Part shown: positions 1-9,715 of the stretch, piece after piece
Numbering within the stretch: position 1 is the first letter of the stretch
How the letters are laid out: every line of letters starts with the position of its first letter
From: an uncultured virus (IMG/VR IMGVR_UViG_2930745263_000002)
Lineage: Duplodnaviria > Heunggongvirae > Uroviricota > Caudoviricetes
IMG/VR virus record: IMGVR_UViG_2930745263_000002
Strand: one strand, 5' to 3'
DNA: 64,000 nt
Program-made: the position numbers and the translations under genes
Notes under the pieces: generated by a model
The model's input: only the letters and a program-made list of their open reading frames with translations
What the model was told of the DNA's origin: nothing
Databases searched by the model: none

Positions 1-678
1 GTGGCCAGGCGCACGACGGCATATCGGCGCGTCGCTGACACGCTCCGGGAACAGATCGAGGACGGACGCCTCCAGCCGGGCGACCGCATCGGCTCCCTGT
101 CAGAGCTGCAGGAGGAGTTCGGCGTCTCCGACACCGTGATCCTGGAGGCTCGCAAGGTCCTGGTCGCCGAAGGACTGCTGCAGCCGCGCTCCGGGGACGG
201 CACCTACGTCCGGGAGCGGCCCGAACCCAAGCGGCTGGTGCACCAGGACCGCACCGGCCCCGGCGAGCCGCCGTTCCGGCTCGAGGAGGGCGAGAGCGGT
301 CTGTTCCCCGACGTGCTTGAGGAGAGCACCCGGGTGGCCGCGCCGGCAGGAGTCGCCCGGCGCCTGGGCATCAAGGCGACCCGGAAGGTCTCGCGTACCC
401 AGCAGATCTTCCGTCTCGAGGGCGCGCCCGCGCAGCTCGTGACGACGTACGCGGCCACCGCTGCCGACGCCAAGGCCCAGGAGTCGCGGTGGGAGGAAGA
501 GCTGTCGTCGCGGCCGGCCCTGGATGCCGAGGGGCGCGCGCTGGACGGCGTCGCCGGGCACCTGGTGACCTGCGTGACCCGCACCGACTTCGATCAGGAC
601 CGGGCGCTGCGGGTCGTGGAGACGGTGGTCCTGGCCGAGCGGTACCTCCTGGTCTACCGGCCCGCGGTCCCGGCATGA
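1..678 (+). CDS. GntR/HutC-family transcriptional regulator (wHTH + degenerate UTRA); start is at the window edge
   Basis: AYRRVADTLREQIEDGRLQPGDRIGSLSELQEEFGVS...GDGTYVR is a typical GntR HTH. Confidence 0.85.
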   Translation: MARRTTAYRRVADTLREQIEDGRLQPGDRIGSLSELQEEFGVSDTVILEARKVLVAEGLLQPRSGDGTYVRERPEPKRLVHQDRTGPGEPPFRLEEGESGLFPDVLEESTRVAAPAGVARRLGIKATRKVSRTQQIFRLEGAPAQLVTTYAATAADAKAQESRWEEELSSRPALDAEGRALDGVAGHLVTCVTRTDFDQDRALRVVETVVLAERYLLVYRPAVPA

Positions 679-681
679 CCA

Positions 682-705
682 AAGCCCCGGCCGGGGCCGG
701 GGCTT
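682..705. terminator. GC-rich hairpin between convergent genes
   Basis: AAGCCCCGGC CGGG GCCGGGGCTT inverted repeat just after the GntR stop. Confidence 0.6.
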
Positions 706-736
706 GTGGTGGCCAGCGCGCTGCTGGGGTGCAGTG

Positions 737-1150
737 TCAGGCGCGGACGTAGGACCCGCTGACGGTGATGATCTCCGCCTCGGTGGCGCCCTCGGCGTTG
801 CCGTAGAGGTGGGTGACGTTCTGCACCGCGGCCCCGTTGGTCGTGCCGGTGACGCGCAGGCGGTCGATCGTCTTGCCGTCGCTGCCGGCGTATATCTGGC
901 CCTCGCCGGTCCACACGCCCCGGTCGGCGTCCCGCCCGTCGAGGCTGAGCGGGAAGACGATGCGGATGCCGGACTTCGCCGGGACCGGGAGGGTGAGGCC
1001 GAAGCCGGCGTCGGTGGCCGCGGTCGTCTCCGTCTTGGCCACGATCTGCGCGGTGAACGTCACGACGCCGTTGGCGTCGACGAACTCTCCGGTGCCCGTG
1101 GTGCCGTTGCGGCCGGTCACGTTGGTCAGTTTCGGGGTCCAGGCGGTCAT
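737..1150 (-). CDS. Hypothetical beta-rich protein resembling a tail-fibre C-terminal domain
   Basis: MTAWTPKLTNV...FGLTLPVPA...ITVSGSY; GAAGGAG RBS upstream; the track ORF is over-extended. Confidence 0.6.
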   Translation of the reverse strand: MTAWTPKLTNVTGRNGTTGTGEFVDANGVVTFTAQIVAKTETTAATDAGFGLTLPVPAKSGIRIVFPLSLDGRDADRGVWTGEGQIYAGSDGKTIDRLRVTGTTNGAAVQNVTHLYGNAEGATEAEIITVSGSYVRA

Positions 1151-1218
1151 GGGCACATCTCCTTCGTCAGGTGCCTGCACGGTGCGGCAGGCGGGGTTCG
1201 AGTGCGCGGGGTGTGGGG

Positions 1219-1605
1219 TCAGGCCCGGCCCTGTGCCCAGCCCGGCGTGCACTGGAGGATCTGCTTGGTGCCGTGCTCGCCGATGCACGCCTGGTAGTAG
1301 ACGGTCGTGCCCTCCGGGATGGCGGTGCCGTAGGACTTGTAGCGGGCCGCCCCGTTGCCGTCGGGGTTCCAGAGGTTGTCGGCGATGCCGACGGAGGGGA
1401 CGTAGACCCGGGTGACGGCGGAGTGGCCGTCGGCCGCGGTGTCCTTCGACCAGAAGACGTCGCCGTCGTGCTTGAACCAGGCGGCGGAGCCGCGGGTGGG
1501 GTCGACGACGCTGCCGCCGTCGGCGTGGGCGGAGGCGCTGGTGGCGGTGGTGAGGATGAGGGCGGCGGAAGCGGCGGCCGCGGCCGCGGCGTAGCGAAGA
1601 CGCAT
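1219..1605 (-). CDS. Secreted protein
   Basis: Sec-type signal MRLRYAAAAAAASAALILTTATSASA; AAGGAG RBS; two C-terminal Cys. Confidence 0.75.
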   Translation of the reverse strand: MRLRYAAAAAAASAALILTTATSASAHADGGSVVDPTRGSAAWFKHDGDVFWSKDTAADGHSAVTRVYVPSVGIADNLWNPDGNGAARYKSYGTAIPEGTTVYYQACIGEHGTKQILQCTPGWAQGRA

Positions 1606-1632
1606 GGGTGGGACTCCTTCGGTGCGGGGTGG

Positions 1633-1845
1633 TCAGAGCACGTCGGTGATGTGCAGGGGGAACCAGAGGGCCAGGGCGAGCCAGGCGGTCAGGAAGACCG
1701 CCCAGCCGGTGCGGGTCCGAGTGCGCAGCCACTCCCGCAGGCGCTCGGAGAGGGTGTCTCCGTCGAGGCGGTTGCGGATGGCGAACAGCTCGTAGCCGGC
1801 ACCGGCGAGCAGCAGGGCCCCCCAGATGACGTCGGGCCAGGTCAC
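1633..1845 (-). CDS. Small two-TM membrane protein (lysis region)
   Basis: Two hydrophobic segments; AAGGAG RBS. Confidence 0.65.
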   Translation of the reverse strand: MTWPDVIWGALLLAGAGYELFAIRNRLDGDTLSERLREWLRTRTRTGWAVFLTAWLALALWFPLHITDVL

Positions 1846-1873
1846 GCGGTGGCTCCTTGGTTCGGGGGCCGGT

Positions 1874-2119
1874 TCACTTGCCCAGCGCTCCCCAGGCGCC
1901 CAGGACGAGGGCGCCCAGGGCGATCAGGACGCTGAGGGTCGGCAACGGCCAGCGGGCGCGTTCCAGGGCGGTGACCCGCCCCTGGAGGTCCTCGACGTCC
2001 TTGTCGATCTGGTCGGATCGCTGGACGATGAGCGCCAGTTGGCCGTCGATGCGTGCCAGCCCGACCTCGAGGGAGCGCCGGAGTTCGGACAGCTCGAGTG
2101 CGACCTCTCCGTCAGGCAT
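1874..2119 (-). CDS. Coiled-coil protein with C-terminal TM (holin-associated)
   Basis: LEVGLARIDGQL...RVTALERARW followed by a TM segment. Confidence 0.7.
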   Translation of the reverse strand: MPDGEVALELSELRRSLEVGLARIDGQLALIVQRSDQIDKDVEDLQGRVTALERARWPLPTLSVLIALGALVLGAWGALGK

Positions 2120-2140
2120 GGCTCTCCTTCAGTGGTCGGG

Positions 2141-2413
2141 TCAGTTCAGGGGCGGGAGGCCCGCGTCGTGCTTCGCCGGCAGCCAGGAGGCGGTGCCGAC
2201 CTGGCCCAGGCGGCTGCCGATCGCGGACTTCACGACCGTGAGGCCGGCCGGGATCGCGGCGACCGCGGCGGACTGCAGGAAGGACAGGTCGACGATGTCG
2301 GTGGTCGCCGCGGCGAGCAGCAGACCGAGGAACGCCTCGACGTACGTCAGGGCGGTGCGCTCGGCGACATCGGCGAGCAGGCTGGGACCGGAAGCGGGCG
2401 TGGACTGCGACAT
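2141..2413 (-). CDS. Holin (r1t-like)
   Basis: DVAERTALTYVEAFLGLL...AAVAAIPAGLTVVKSAIG; directly follows the endolysin. Confidence 0.75.
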   Translation of the reverse strand: MSQSTPASGPSLLADVAERTALTYVEAFLGLLLAAATTDIVDLSFLQSAAVAAIPAGLTVVKSAIGSRLGQVGTASWLPAKHDAGLPPLN

Positions 2414-2433
2414 GCGTGTGTCTCCTCGGGGTG

Positions 2434-3645
2434 TCAGGCGGTCGCGGTGAAGTTGTGGCGCGCGGCCAGGCGCTTCAGGGAGGCCAGGCCGGGGATGCCG
2501 TCGGCGGCCGCGCCGGTGTAGGAGCCGCCGGCCTTGCTGCGCTGCCAGGCGGCGTAGGCCGTGACGGTCTTGGATCCGAAGGACCCGTCGGCGTAGGACT
2601 TGCTGAGCAGGCCCTCGGCGACGAGCGCAGCCTCCAGGAGGCGGACTTCGGTGGGGTAGGTGGTGTGGCCCTCGGCCGCCGGGACGTCCTTCTTCGCGGC
2701 GGCGACCAGGTGCGCGACGGACACCTTCGGCTTGGCCGGGGCAGGCTTGTCGGGGGCCGGAGTCGTGGGCTTCTTGTAGAGGACCTTGGTGGTGCTGATC
2801 GCACCGGGGTCGCCGTGGTCGTTGCCCGGGACGTCTCCGTGGGAGAAGTGGCCGCCCTTGGTCTGCCAGGTGGTCCGCGAGCGGGACTTGCCCGGGCCGG
2901 GGTACTTCGCCGGCGGTCCGGCCGGGAAGGCGTCGGGCACGCCCCAGGATCGTGCCGCGGCCAGGATCTTCTGCCAGCCCGGCTTCTTCGCCGGATCCCA
3001 GCCCGTGGTCCACGGGCTCTTGGCGTAGCCCAGGACCTCGATCTGGATGTTGACGCGGCCCTCTCTGTTCGTCCTGCGGGTGCCGTCGTTGCGCAGCGCC
3101 CGGCCGGACTGGCTGAGCGGGCCGAACTGGCCGACCCGGTCCGTGACGGGGCAGTAGATGAGCTGCGGCTCGGCGGCCACCCGGATCAGGTAGGAGCCCA
3201 CCGACTCGAGGTACTTACCGCCGGCCGGGGACTCGGTGGAGTGGTGGGTGACCCGCGGCGGGTTGCCGGGGGTGTCCATGGCGCCGCCGATGGAGCCGTC
3301 GCCCAGCCGGATCGCCCCGGAGATCCACACTGTGCCGGTGGCGCCGCGCGGCAGGTCGGCCGCGTCGGGCAGGTCCTCCTGCGCGGTGGCCAGGTCGGGC
3401 CGGGAGGCAGCGTCGGGGCGGCGGATGACGAACGGGGCGGCGTCGAGCGGCTCGTACCAGTCGAGGTCGCCGTCCTCGCGCAGGATGAAGACGGAGCCCG
3501 GGCGGCGCGGGTGCTCGGCGACGAAGCGCGGCGCGGTGTCGATGCCGGCGATCGCGCGGGCCTCGTCGACGCGGGCCTGGTCGACCTCGCCGCAGTAGGT
3601 GACGGTCTGGTCGGGGTGGACGATGGCGGCGTGGAAGGAAGTCAC
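2434..3645 (-). CDS. Endolysin: amidase_2-like domain + peptidoglycan-binding domain
   Basis: VTHHSTE, NIQIEV and HGDVPGNDHGDPG Zn-amidase motifs; C-terminal DGSFGSKT...ADGIPG; GTG start with GAGGAG RBS. Confidence 0.85.
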   Translation of the reverse strand: MTSFHAAIVHPDQTVTYCGEVDQARVDEARAIAGIDTAPRFVAEHPRRPGSVFILREDGDLDWYEPLDAAPFVIRRPDAASRPDLATAQEDLPDAADLPRGATGTVWISGAIRLGDGSIGGAMDTPGNPPRVTHHSTESPAGGKYLESVGSYLIRVAAEPQLIYCPVTDRVGQFGPLSQSGRALRNDGTRRTNREGRVNIQIEVLGYAKSPWTTGWDPAKKPGWQKILAAARSWGVPDAFPAGPPAKYPGPGKSRSRTTWQTKGGHFSHGDVPGNDHGDPGAISTTKVLYKKPTTPAPDKPAPAKPKVSVAHLVAAAKKDVPAAEGHTTYPTEVRLLEAALVAEGLLSKSYADGSFGSKTVTAYAAWQRSKAGGSYTGAAADGIPGLASLKRLAARHNFTATA

Positions 3646-3656
3646 AGGTCTCCTCG

Positions 3657-4475
3657 TCAGGCGTGGAGTTGGATCGCGTCGATCTGCTCGCGCAGCGCGA
3701 CGTAGGTGGACAGGCGGAGGAGGAAGTCGCCGCCGAGGCCCCAGGACGGGCCCCAGGAGTTGCGCAGGCGCAGCACGGTCCGTTCGGGGATGACGCGTCC
3801 GGCGTGGTCCTGGGCGACGTCCTCCAGGGCGATGGCGCACACCTCGTGTCCGCCGGCCAGGCCGGAGGTGCGCCAGTAGGGGACGGTGTCGACGAAGCCG
3901 TCTGCGCCCGGGGTGAACCAGGCGCTGAACCAGGGCAGCCCGAGCAGGACGGGCCCGCTCTGCAGGGCGGTGGCGAGGGCGTCGGCGTCCAGGGCGTGGG
4001 TGTAGGACCCGATCAGCCCGCGGGCGTGCAGGGCCTTGGCGACGCCGAGGCCGGAGCTTCCGCAGTCGGCGGGCGGCCACTGGTAGGGGACGTATTCGTC
4101 GACGAGGGTGGCCTCGGCGTACAGCCGGATCGCCCACTCCTCGTCCCGGCCGGGGTGCAGCGCGGTCAGGCCCGCGCGCTCGAGGTCGGCGGGGGCGAGC
4201 AGCACGGAGAGCGCGGCCGCCGCGGCGTTGGCCGTGCACGAGCCGAGCTCGTCGACGTCGTGGGCGCCGGTGACCAGCCGCGATGTGCGGATGCCCTGCT
4301 CGGTGAGGTTCTGCTGGTCCAGGACCGGGATGGCCGGCTCCCACTGGATGGGGCGCAGCGTCTCGCCGCGGTGCCGGACCTGGTGCTTGAGGGAGCGGGC
4401 GTCCAGGACCTGGTGCCGGCCGAGGGCAGGGTGAGGCTCGTACCGGCGTACGAGAACGCCATGCGATGTGGGCAC
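3657..4475 (-). CDS. Papain-like (C1) cysteine peptidase
   Basis: GSCTANA (Cys), GGHEV (His), RNSWGPSWG (Asn). Confidence 0.8.
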   Translation of the reverse strand: MPTSHGVLVRRYEPHPALGRHQVLDARSLKHQVRHRGETLRPIQWEPAIPVLDQQNLTEQGIRTSRLVTGAHDVDELGSCTANAAAAALSVLLAPADLERAGLTALHPGRDEEWAIRLYAEATLVDEYVPYQWPPADCGSSGLGVAKALHARGLIGSYTHALDADALATALQSGPVLLGLPWFSAWFTPGADGFVDTVPYWRTSGLAGGHEVCAIALEDVAQDHAGRVIPERTVLRLRNSWGPSWGLGGDFLLRLSTYVALREQIDAIQLHA

Positions 4476-4688
4476 CGACTGGTCCGCTTCTCCCCCGCGC
4501 CCCGTGCTGGGCGATGTCCGGCCGGCACGCGTAACTGCGGCCGGAGGAATCCCTCGGGGGTGTGGTGCGGACCGCGAACACGCGGTTGGCGTATGGGCGG
4601 AGGGTCGCCCACAGGTGCCGTGATCAATGATATGTGCTGCCCGGAGGGCCCCTCCCCCGCGTCGAGCCGCAGTGGAGGGGCCGGCGGG

Positions 4689-7658
4689 TCACTTCGTGTA
4701 CGTCACGCGCAGCTGCGGGGCGTTGCTCTCCCCGACGCCGCGGGCCCTTCCGTAGTACGTGCTGGACGTCGAGTTGGGGTCCAGAGCGATGCCCCTCCAC
4801 TTGGTGCTGTCGAAGATCGCCGTGATGTCCACCCACTTGCCCTGGTTACGGGCCCAGGAGACGGTCATCGCCTCGCTGTCGCTGGAGAACGTGGAGGGCC
4901 GCGACGTCAGGCCGTGGGCCTTGATGACGGCCTTCCCGCCGGCGTTGGAGTACCAGTGCGCAAAGTAGAGGTACAGCTCCGCCTTGTTGATCGTCGCGCC
5001 GGACAGGTCCGAGGAGAGCGTGCCGCCGAAGCCGCACAGGCTGGCCTGGGTGCCGTTGGTGGAGCTGTAGTAGCCCTGCAGCATCTGGTTGCCGTAGTAG
5101 GAGTTGTAGCCGGCGCGGCGCGCGTACGAGCCGGACCAGGTCGCGTTGTAGGTCTTGGTGTACTTCTTCGGGACCGGCGTGGTGGGCGGGGGCGTGGTCG
5201 TGCTGCCGCCGCCGGTGTTGTAGCGGCCGGTCTCGAGAACCAGCGGCCCGACGTCCTCGACGTAGAAGTACCCGCGGTAGGTGCCGCCGCCCAGCAGCCG
5301 GGACTCCTGGCCGGTCGGTGCGGCCTGGTGCTTGAAGGAGATCAGCAGGTTGTGGGTGCCCACGCCCCAGGCCGTGCCGTGCCGGACGTCCTCCAGGCGG
5401 ACACGGCGAAGCCCGGCGGTGGGCATCGGGTACTGCACCGACTGGATCTGCGGCGAGGTGATGGTGGGCGAGCCGGTCTTTCCGTCCCGCAGGTAGATGA
5501 CGATCTCCCCACCGGCCACGGCCGGGTCGGCGTAGGCGTCGAAGACCACCCGGTACATGCGATCGGCCTCGGCGTCGAAGGCCAGCTCGACGAAGCCCAT
5601 CTCCGTCCCGGTCGAGTTGGTCCCCGAGACCGTCTGGTAGTCGATGGCCTGGATGCCGCGGGGCGCCTGGTTGAGGAACGTCAGCAGGTCGTCGCCGCGC
5701 CAGGAGATGTTCTCGGCGACGTTGAGGGACTGGAAGCTGGCGACGCCGGCCTGGTCGATGGTGGCCACCGATTCCCCGGCGGCCCGCAGCGTGACGTAGT
5801 TCGGGGCGCCGGTGACCAGGGACACCGCTTCGTCGCCGCTCTCGTCGTACAGGCGCATGCCCAGCGGGGACAGCTCGGCCCGGGCGCCTTCGGCCCCCGA
5901 GGCGACGACCATCCGGCACTCGGCGTTGTCGAAGGCCACTGTGCCGGCCGTGGAGTCGAGGGTCTCCAGGCGCACCACCATCTGCGTCGTGTTGGCCGGG
6001 GAGGCGTTGTCGGGGACGCCGGCGAGGGTCGTCCAGTTGCCCAGGACGACGCCGCCGGCCACCGCGGCGTTCATGGTGCTGTACCCCAGGGAGGTGCCGG
6101 CGGAGTCCAGCCACTGGGCGAAGATGTTGACGCTCGCGCCGGCCCAGTCCGCCGAGGCGAGGTAGTCGACGCTGAGGTAGACCTTCTGGCCGGGCAGTAC
6201 GGGCAGCGTCGCCAGGGTGAGGGTGCGGCTGGTGGCGGTGGCGGCCGCGGCGTTGACCTGGACGGCCTTGGCCGTGGTGGAGCCCGGCGTCACGATCGAC
6301 CAGAAGGTGTTGCCGGCGACGCGCTGGACGCTGGCCTCGCCCTCGAAGCTCGGGTCGCCGATGATGTTGCCGTCCACGCCCAGGGCGAGCCGGTCGGCGC
6401 TGAGGGTGCCGGCCTTGATGTGGTTGGCCGTCAGGGTGTTCGCGGCGATCTCGTTGCCGGTCAGGGACAGCGCCTTGACCTCCCGTGCGGTGAGGGTCTT
6501 CGCCGCGACCTTCTCCGCTGTCACCGATCCGGCGATCAGCTCGGGCGTGCCGATGGAGTCGGCCAGCACCATGCCCGCCCCGACCACGGTCTTCACCTCG
6601 ACGTTGTCGAAGTCGCCCGTCCCGGTGGGCGTGCCGGTGGTTCCCAGGAAGTTCGACAGCCACACGGAGGTCCGCGCGACGCCGGCCGGGGCCTGCTGCT
6701 GGCTGCTGAAGCGCGCCCACGTACCGGCGACCGGCGTGGCCTTGGTGATGCCGTAGCCCAGGACCGCGCCCGCGGCGTCGTGCCAGCGGAAGTAGCAGCG
6801 CAGCGAGTCGGCCTTCCACTCGGCGCTGACGCGGGCGTCGAAGGCGCAGAACAGGCGGTCGCCGGGTGAGACGGGGAACTCGGTGAGCTGGATGGCCTGC
6901 GCGGCTGTCGGCGCTGCGGCGTCCACCCGCAGGGCGCGCGCCGAGCGGTTGCCGTCGGTGAAGGTCCAGGCGGTGTTGCCGGCGACCAGGTTGGTGGTCA
7001 GCTGTCCTTCGAAGGACGGGTCCGGGACCAGGTTGCCGGTGCCGATGCCGAGCTGGTTGTAGCCGACGGCGCCGATCTGCAGCTTCATCCGCCCGACGGC
7101 CTCGTCGGCGAGCTTCGCCTCGTTGACGATGCCGTCGAGGATGTCCTCGGCGACCACGGCGGCCGGCCCCACCGGCCCGGCCGCGGCCGAGGGCACCGAG
7201 GCGGTGCCGGAGGTGTTGCGGGCGACCAGGCGTACGTACACGGGCTGCGTCGCGGTGACCAGGACGGTGCCGCCGCGCGGGGACTCCAGGGTGGCCTTCA
7301 TCGTCGCGGTGCCCAGCGGGGTGTCGGGCGTCGCGGTGGTGTGGACCTCGACGCGGGAGAAGTCGAGCGGGGCGGCAGCGGCGTCGGCCCAGGCCCCGGT
7401 CCAGGCGACGGCCACGCCGCCGAGGCTGGGCAGTACGGCGGGGACGGCCGGCTGCGGCGGCGGGGGGCCGTTGACGACGGTGATGCCGCTGGTGCCGTCC
7501 TGCTGCTGGCCGATGATGGCGCGCAGGGAGCCGTCCTGGTCGTAGACCTCGAGGGCGGTGTCCTCCAGGGAGGCATGGCTGAGGCGGGTGGAGCGCTGCA
7601 TGCGGGCGACCTGCCGCTCCAGGGCTGCCAGGCGGGCGCCGATGTCGAAGTTGCTCAT
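4689..7658 (-). CDS. Minor tail / receptor-binding protein with two carbohydrate-binding-like domains
   Basis: Start MSNFDIG overlaps the upstream stop; two NLxxDPSFEG-initiated beta domains separated by 10-residue helical repeats. Confidence 0.75.
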   Translation of the reverse strand: MSNFDIGARLAALERQVARMQRSTRLSHASLEDTALEVYDQDGSLRAIIGQQQDGTSGITVVNGPPPPQPAVPAVLPSLGGVAVAWTGAWADAAAAPLDFSRVEVHTTATPDTPLGTATMKATLESPRGGTVLVTATQPVYVRLVARNTSGTASVPSAAAGPVGPAAVVAEDILDGIVNEAKLADEAVGRMKLQIGAVGYNQLGIGTGNLVPDPSFEGQLTTNLVAGNTAWTFTDGNRSARALRVDAAAPTAAQAIQLTEFPVSPGDRLFCAFDARVSAEWKADSLRCYFRWHDAAGAVLGYGITKATPVAGTWARFSSQQQAPAGVARTSVWLSNFLGTTGTPTGTGDFDNVEVKTVVGAGMVLADSIGTPELIAGSVTAEKVAAKTLTAREVKALSLTGNEIAANTLTANHIKAGTLSADRLALGVDGNIIGDPSFEGEASVQRVAGNTFWSIVTPGSTTAKAVQVNAAAATATSRTLTLATLPVLPGQKVYLSVDYLASADWAGASVNIFAQWLDSAGTSLGYSTMNAAVAGGVVLGNWTTLAGVPDNASPANTTQMVVRLETLDSTAGTVAFDNAECRMVVASGAEGARAELSPLGMRLYDESGDEAVSLVTGAPNYVTLRAAGESVATIDQAGVASFQSLNVAENISWRGDDLLTFLNQAPRGIQAIDYQTVSGTNSTGTEMGFVELAFDAEADRMYRVVFDAYADPAVAGGEIVIYLRDGKTGSPTITSPQIQSVQYPMPTAGLRRVRLEDVRHGTAWGVGTHNLLISFKHQAAPTGQESRLLGGGTYRGYFYVEDVGPLVLETGRYNTGGGSTTTPPPTTPVPKKYTKTYNATWSGSYARRAGYNSYYGNQMLQGYYSSTNGTQASLCGFGGTLSSDLSGATINKAELYLYFAHWYSNAGGKAVIKAHGLTSRPSTFSSDSEAMTVSWARNQGKWVDITAIFDSTKWRGIALDPNSTSSTYYGRARGVGESNAPQLRVTYTK

Positions 7659-8758
7659 GCCGCCGCCGATCCGTAGTGGAAGGAGTCGGCGCGGGCGAGG
7701 TCGACGATGACGCTCTCGCCGTCGTTGCCGCCGGGCTTGACGCTCCAGCCCACGACCCGGCTCCACCCGGTGTAGGTCGTCCACTTGTTGCGGATCGTGG
7801 TGTAGACGTCGTCGCCGATCTGGAAGGAGCCGAGCGGGGCCGCGGGGTGGTCGGGCCGGATGCGGATCTGGTCGACGGTGCCGCGGATCTGCCGGCGCTG
7901 GCGCTCGGCGACGGCCCGCTTGGCGAGGATGTCGGTGCCCTTGACCTCCGGCAGGGCCAGCACGGTCTCCATGCGCAGCCGGCCGTCGCGGACGCTGTCG
8001 ATGTGCCGGCGCTTGGAGCGCCCTTCGCCGGCCCCGGTGGCGATGATCGTGTTGGCGTACTCGTCGGCCGAGCGGGGCACGGGCGGGGCGTCCATGACGT
8101 TGATGCCGCTGCTGAAGGAGAGGTCGCTGCGCCGGGTGCCGAGCCGGGGGTATCCCAGGCGGACCCGTCGCACGATCTTGCCGTCGGTGCCCCAGGCGGT
8201 GTCGCAGGTGTAGTCCGGGGAGTCGTCGGCCGAGACGATGTCGTCGACGGCGTCGCCGAGGACGGGCTCCTCCCACCAGGAGAACTTCAGCGGCTCGGCG
8301 CTCGTGCCGACCTTCGCGGTGGAGGTGGTGGCGTCGACGACCACGCCCAGGCTGCCGTCGGGCAGGGACTGCGCGTACGCCCAGATGTCCCTGATCACCT
8401 TGCAGGGGTCGGCGTTCACGTACGGGCCGCGGCCGTTGAGCTCGCCGTGGACGTCGTGGCGCCGCTGGAGGTACGACGACCAGCCGGCCGCCTCCAGGGA
8501 CAGGGTCTGGTCCTCGGGGGTGGCCTGCCACAGCAGCCCGCCCCAGCGCAGGAACCCGTCGCGCTCGGCGTAGAGCAGGGTGTTGCCCTCGTCGGCGACC
8601 GCTGGCAGGGACCGGGCGAAGCGCGGGGCGAGCTTGCCCGTGAGCGCGCCGGGGCCGTTGAGTTCGGGCCCGAACTCGACGTCGGTGAGCGGGAGGTCCG
8701 TGGCGAGGATGTCCCCGGTCAGGGCGTGCTGGGCCAGGTACCGGTACTGGGCCGCCAT
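7655..8758 (-). CDS. Minor tail (Tal/hub-like) protein
   Basis: Position in the tail operon; WGG...YPRLG...GAGEG pattern of actinophage minor tail proteins. Confidence 0.75.
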   Translation of the reverse strand: MAAQYRYLAQHALTGDILATDLPLTDVEFGPELNGPGALTGKLAPRFARSLPAVADEGNTLLYAERDGFLRWGGLLWQATPEDQTLSLEAAGWSSYLQRRHDVHGELNGRGPYVNADPCKVIRDIWAYAQSLPDGSLGVVVDATTSTAKVGTSAEPLKFSWWEEPVLGDAVDDIVSADDSPDYTCDTAWGTDGKIVRRVRLGYPRLGTRRSDLSFSSGINVMDAPPVPRSADEYANTIIATGAGEGRSKRRHIDSVRDGRLRMETVLALPEVKGTDILAKRAVAERQRRQIRGTVDQIRIRPDHPAAPLGSFQIGDDVYTTIRNKWTTYTGWSRVVGWSVKPGGNDGESVIVDLARADSFHYGSAAA

Positions 8759-9702
8759 CAGACGACGCCCTCGTAGAACTCGACGTCGGCGAACATGCTG
8801 GTGCCCGAGTCCGCCCGCAGGTCACCGGTGGGCGACTTGTACATGTACGTCTGCACGGACAGGCGCTGGGTGGTGCCGCGCATCGCGGCCGGCACCCCGA
8901 GGTTGTCGCCCAGGACGATCGTGCTGCGCCGGGTGTTGTTGCCCTGGTCGTCGTCGATGAAGGTGTCCTCGCCCAGCACGGCGGCGGCGCCGGTGCCCAG
9001 GACGGTCTGCATCTTGGCGTAGACGTCCGCCTTGGTCATCCGCAGTCCGGCGAACGTGACCATGACCTTCGCGGAGACCGCCCACGAGGGGACCGCGACG
9101 TTCCACGTCGCCGCGGTGGGCCAGTTGTGCCACTTGTTGTCGGAGTAGGTGAGGTCGCTGGCCGTCGCCGGGAACGCGCTGTACAGGGTGCGGTCCTTGC
9201 GCGGGTTGCAGATGCGCCGCAGGTCGGTGATCATCCCGGCCGTGACCGTGCCGGTGTTGGCCGGCAGCGCGATCCGGGCCAGCGCGATCGCGGAGTACCC
9301 GGCGGGCGGGGCGGTGGCCGTCGCGGACACCCCGGAGACGACGTCGAAGAAGACGACCGGGTCGGTGGCCGGGTTCTGGTTGCCCTCGTACTCCGGGTCC
9401 AGGACGCGCAGGACCACCATGTCGGTGCGGGCGTTCGCCCCGGTGGGAGCGATGTTCACGGGGGCCGTGCCGATGTTGTAGGCGGTGTAGTGGCCCTGCC
9501 AGGTCGCGGCGCGGCCGCGGACGATGCCGGAGCCGTCGCCGACGAGGACTCCGCCGGCCGGGACGGTGAGCGGGGTGACCTTGAGGTCGTTTCCCTCGGT
9601 GACGCCCTCGGAGCCGCGGGCCAGGTCGCGGATCATCATCCTGAAGGTCTGGGCGGAGTGCGTCGCGCCGTTGGTGAGCAGGGGCGCCTGGGCCAGGGTC
9701 AT
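8758..9702 (-). CDS. Minor tail protein
   Basis: RTDMVVLRVLDPEYEG...ALARI...ITDLR; tail-operon synteny. Confidence 0.7.
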   Translation of the reverse strand: MTLAQAPLLTNGATHSAQTFRMMIRDLARGSEGVTEGNDLKVTPLTVPAGGVLVGDGSGIVRGRAATWQGHYTAYNIGTAPVNIAPTGANARTDMVVLRVLDPEYEGNQNPATDPVVFFDVVSGVSATATAPPAGYSAIALARIALPANTGTVTAGMITDLRRICNPRKDRTLYSAFPATASDLTYSDNKWHNWPTAATWNVAVPSWAVSAKVMVTFAGLRMTKADVYAKMQTVLGTGAAAVLGEDTFIDDDQGNNTRRSTIVLGDNLGVPAAMRGTTQRLSVQTYMYKSPTGDLRADSGTSMFADVEFYEGVV

Positions 9703-9715
9703 CAGTTCGCTCCTC

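Noticed and set aside
4689..8825. Track ORFs with long Arg/Pro-rich N-termini (1378, 715, 767, 702, 572 aa and others)
   Set aside because: The extensions overlap upstream genes in another frame; starts were reset to RBS-supported or coupled codons.
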